Made by a program: the position numbers and the translations under genes | Source: Balanoglossus misakiensis | Taxonomy: Eukaryota; Animalia; Hemichordata | Direction of reading: 5' to 3' | Assembly: GCA_040954595.2 (NCBI GenBank) | Contig: CM082576.2 | Span: forward strand, 11,349,129 to 11,413,128 | DNA: 64,000 nt | The notes under the pieces: model-generated | Seen by the model: only the letters and a program-made list of their open reading frames with translations | Database searches by the model: none | Told to the model about the DNA's origin: nothing | Shown: positions 61,545-64,000 of the stretch, piece by piece | Layout of the letters: every line of letters begins with the position of its first letter | Numbering within the stretch: the first letter of the stretch is position 1

Positions 61545-62462
61545 ATCTACGCTGACAAGATTTTCCGTTAAGCACCGCGAGGTGCAAATTGATGGTGAAC
61601 AACAGATCGATATTTTTATTTCAAAAATACCCCAGTGCGCAGGTTTTCGTGACTGAGGTCATATTGTCAACCATGATTATTTCGATTGTTTGCAACCAGA
61701 CTGATAACGATACCCACCGTTCTATTCCGGCCCTAATACATTGTACACGCATTTCCAAACTGACTGACGCACAGAAACCAATAAAAGTTTAAACTGTCTT
61801 ACTTTCGTAATCATCGTTCAGTAAGAACAGTGCAATTACAATAGACTAAGAACGGTTATGTGATTGAATGGCCGGAGTCTGTGTACTATATTTAAGCGGA
61901 GAATATATCTAGTTTGATGTCATCTCATACACCAACAACCTTGTTGAGTAAAAATAGTCAAGATATATTGTAAAGATAGTTTTCAAGAAAGTAAAATACA
62001 TTATATTATTGCTGCATGTATAGGAACATTTTTTGTAAGCTTTCCTCAGTTGTTGGTCTGCCTTGCACCATAATAGTGAATCCATGTACAGTAATATTAA
62101 ATCTTGCATGCGTCAGAACTGCATGGATCTTTATCGATGAAAAGGCCTGGAAGCGAAGAAACTGACCAGTGAGTCCGTATGCGTTCGTTCACGGTCAGGA
62201 CCGATTTCATGAAAATACATGGGCTACTTATACACACGTACACGAGATGCGTCGTCTGCTATGCTATGATGTCATTATGTTCATTTCACGAGACCCGGGC
62301 ATTATGGGAAATGTCTATTTTTCAATATGGCGTCTTGCGGCGTGTGATTGCTTCGATTTCCTGGCGGTGACTGCTCGGCGATGTAGTATATTCTGGATAG
62401 GAACACGAAGGTAGCAGTTGTACGTTTAATGTTCAGATAATAACATTTTCACGAAAAGCGGA

Positions 62463-63843
62463 ATGGATGTCCCGATAATAGAGGTCGAACTTGAGCGGGG
62501 TGAATCAGGTAAGTACACTGGCACTGGTACATGTACACGGTGGCAGAAACCGAAACGAAAGGAAAGCCCACCTATGTTAATTGTTCGTCGCACGCATTTC
62601 TTATGAATTTTGTCATAATAGTGTTGATAGTAAGAATGTGTTTTTGATTAGTTGACGGCTGCCTTTAATGCATGTGGTAAGTTTCACATTTAGCTGCGTA
62701 TCTATTCGTACATCGCCAGATCATCTACTTCAATGATACCCGTCTGACATCAAAGGTCGAAAATTAACGCACAGTCGAGATCGCGAGATAGGCTTCCGGT
62801 CACCTCATTGATTCACGAACGCACTTCGCCATCGGCGTGGCAAGTGTACATTGGCGTAAAGTGAATATCAGCTATGGGGAAAGTATTTAGTCACAGTCGC
62901 GTGAGGGCTGTGTCATAGGCGAGCGCCGTGTAAACGAACAACCCTCACGCGACTCTGTACATTTAGTGACAAGGCCCAAGTCGGTCAGTATTTTGAATTA
63001 CTCGTACTGATCAACAATCTGGGTACATGTACATGTATTTTGTTTAGAGGTTGTTGTATGCAAACTGACAACTATTTGTGTAATATGTATTTCTGGCTTT
63101 CCATATTCCGTGGCAGAAACAGTTCCTCCACAATGATGATGGAGGAGGGACTGTGGTCGTAATAATCAGCTTTTGACTGATGTCCTTTATGGCACTTAAA
63201 CTTTGACCCCTGAGTCCGATAGTCTAGACGATTATGAAAGATATGGAAACGGCAAAATATAGCATATGTAATGTCGTTAGGAAATGCATGCAACTGGCTG
63301 TGCTACCGGTCAATACTGTAGAAAGTTACAGTCCTCTGAAATTCCTATGTTGAAATGGAATACCCGGTAGATGGCTTTCTCTGTGTGGTAAAAGATGGCC
63401 AAAATATTACGTTAACTTTTCATATTTAACCAGATTGTCCAGATGTTACACCCTGTTATTTAGCAGTTGCATTTCAAGAACATATTCCAACTATCAAATT
63501 CATATTTTCTGAATTCCTTGATCGCATGGTAAAGCAGATGGTAAAGCAAATATAACAGTGAGTGATGGTCTAGATGTACAGACAATAAGCTTATCTTCAC
63601 AGCTGGTGCATTTAGGCATTGCATTATAGTACAACAACCGTAGAATCAGACTTTTTATCCTCATTACATTAGAGTGTACAGCTCTGGGTATTCTTTTTCC
63701 TGCCAGGTTTAGGCTTTAATATTCGTGGAGGAGTTGACCAGCCCTACAACAAGAATGACAATGGTATATTCATCACCAAGATCAGAGATGATGGTGCCGC
63801 AGCAGTCGATGGCAGACTACAGCTTGGGGATAAGATTCTCAAG
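62463..63843 (+). CDS. SYNJ2BP: First two coding exons of a single-PDZ protein, synaptojanin-2-binding protein (OMP25)-like; continues past the window end
   Basis: Exon 62463-62508 ([15 protein letters not shown]) plus exon 63707-63843 ([46 protein letters not shown]). GLGF loop; close to my recollection of the SYNJ2BP PDZ (GLGFNIVGGTDQQY...GAAALDGRLQEGDKIL), with the PDZ starting right at the N-terminus. The start codon could lie further upstream, since the frame is open back to a possible acceptor at 62436. Confidence 0.82.
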
Positions 63844-64000
63844 GTATGTGCAAGTATCTCTATAAGGCTTGAAATATTTTTTTATCCCTTTTTATCCACC
63901 GAACAAGTCACCAAAAAAAATCTCTCAAAAATTGTGAAAATATGAAAATCATCCAAGACAAATGGTACACATTGTTAACGTTGCAGTTCCTATCTGAACC

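Overview
Animal (metazoan) genomic DNA, AT-rich, with many short GT-AG introns. It looks like an invertebrate, possibly a marine deuterostome, but that is inference only. About 61 kb of the window is a head-to-tail (+ strand) tandem array of six phospholipase B1-like (PLB1, GDSL/SGNH hydrolase) genes: the last exon of one gene, then five complete genes carrying 1, 4, 3, 1 and 1 SGNH domains. Each complete gene has a signal-peptide exon, intact GDS / NxAVPG-like / GGND / DCFH blocks in every domain, a low-complexity stalk (usually Thr/Pro-rich) and a single C-terminal transmembrane helix. Also present are an initiator tRNA-Met gene (- strand), a ~2.4 kb intronic 87-88 bp satellite containing an 8-monomer higher-order duplication, several microsatellites, a candidate 61-aa single-pass membrane microprotein gene inside the cluster, and the first two coding exons of a SYNJ2BP/OMP25-like PDZ gene. 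Exon coordinates were spliced and translated by eye and may be off by a few bases. No CRISPR array, intact transposase or prokaryote-type system was found. The most novel-looking items are the variable-domain-number PLB1 array (A-B-B-C vs A-B-C vs single), the microprotein, a paired cysteine loss, a precise intron loss and the satellite higher-order repeat.
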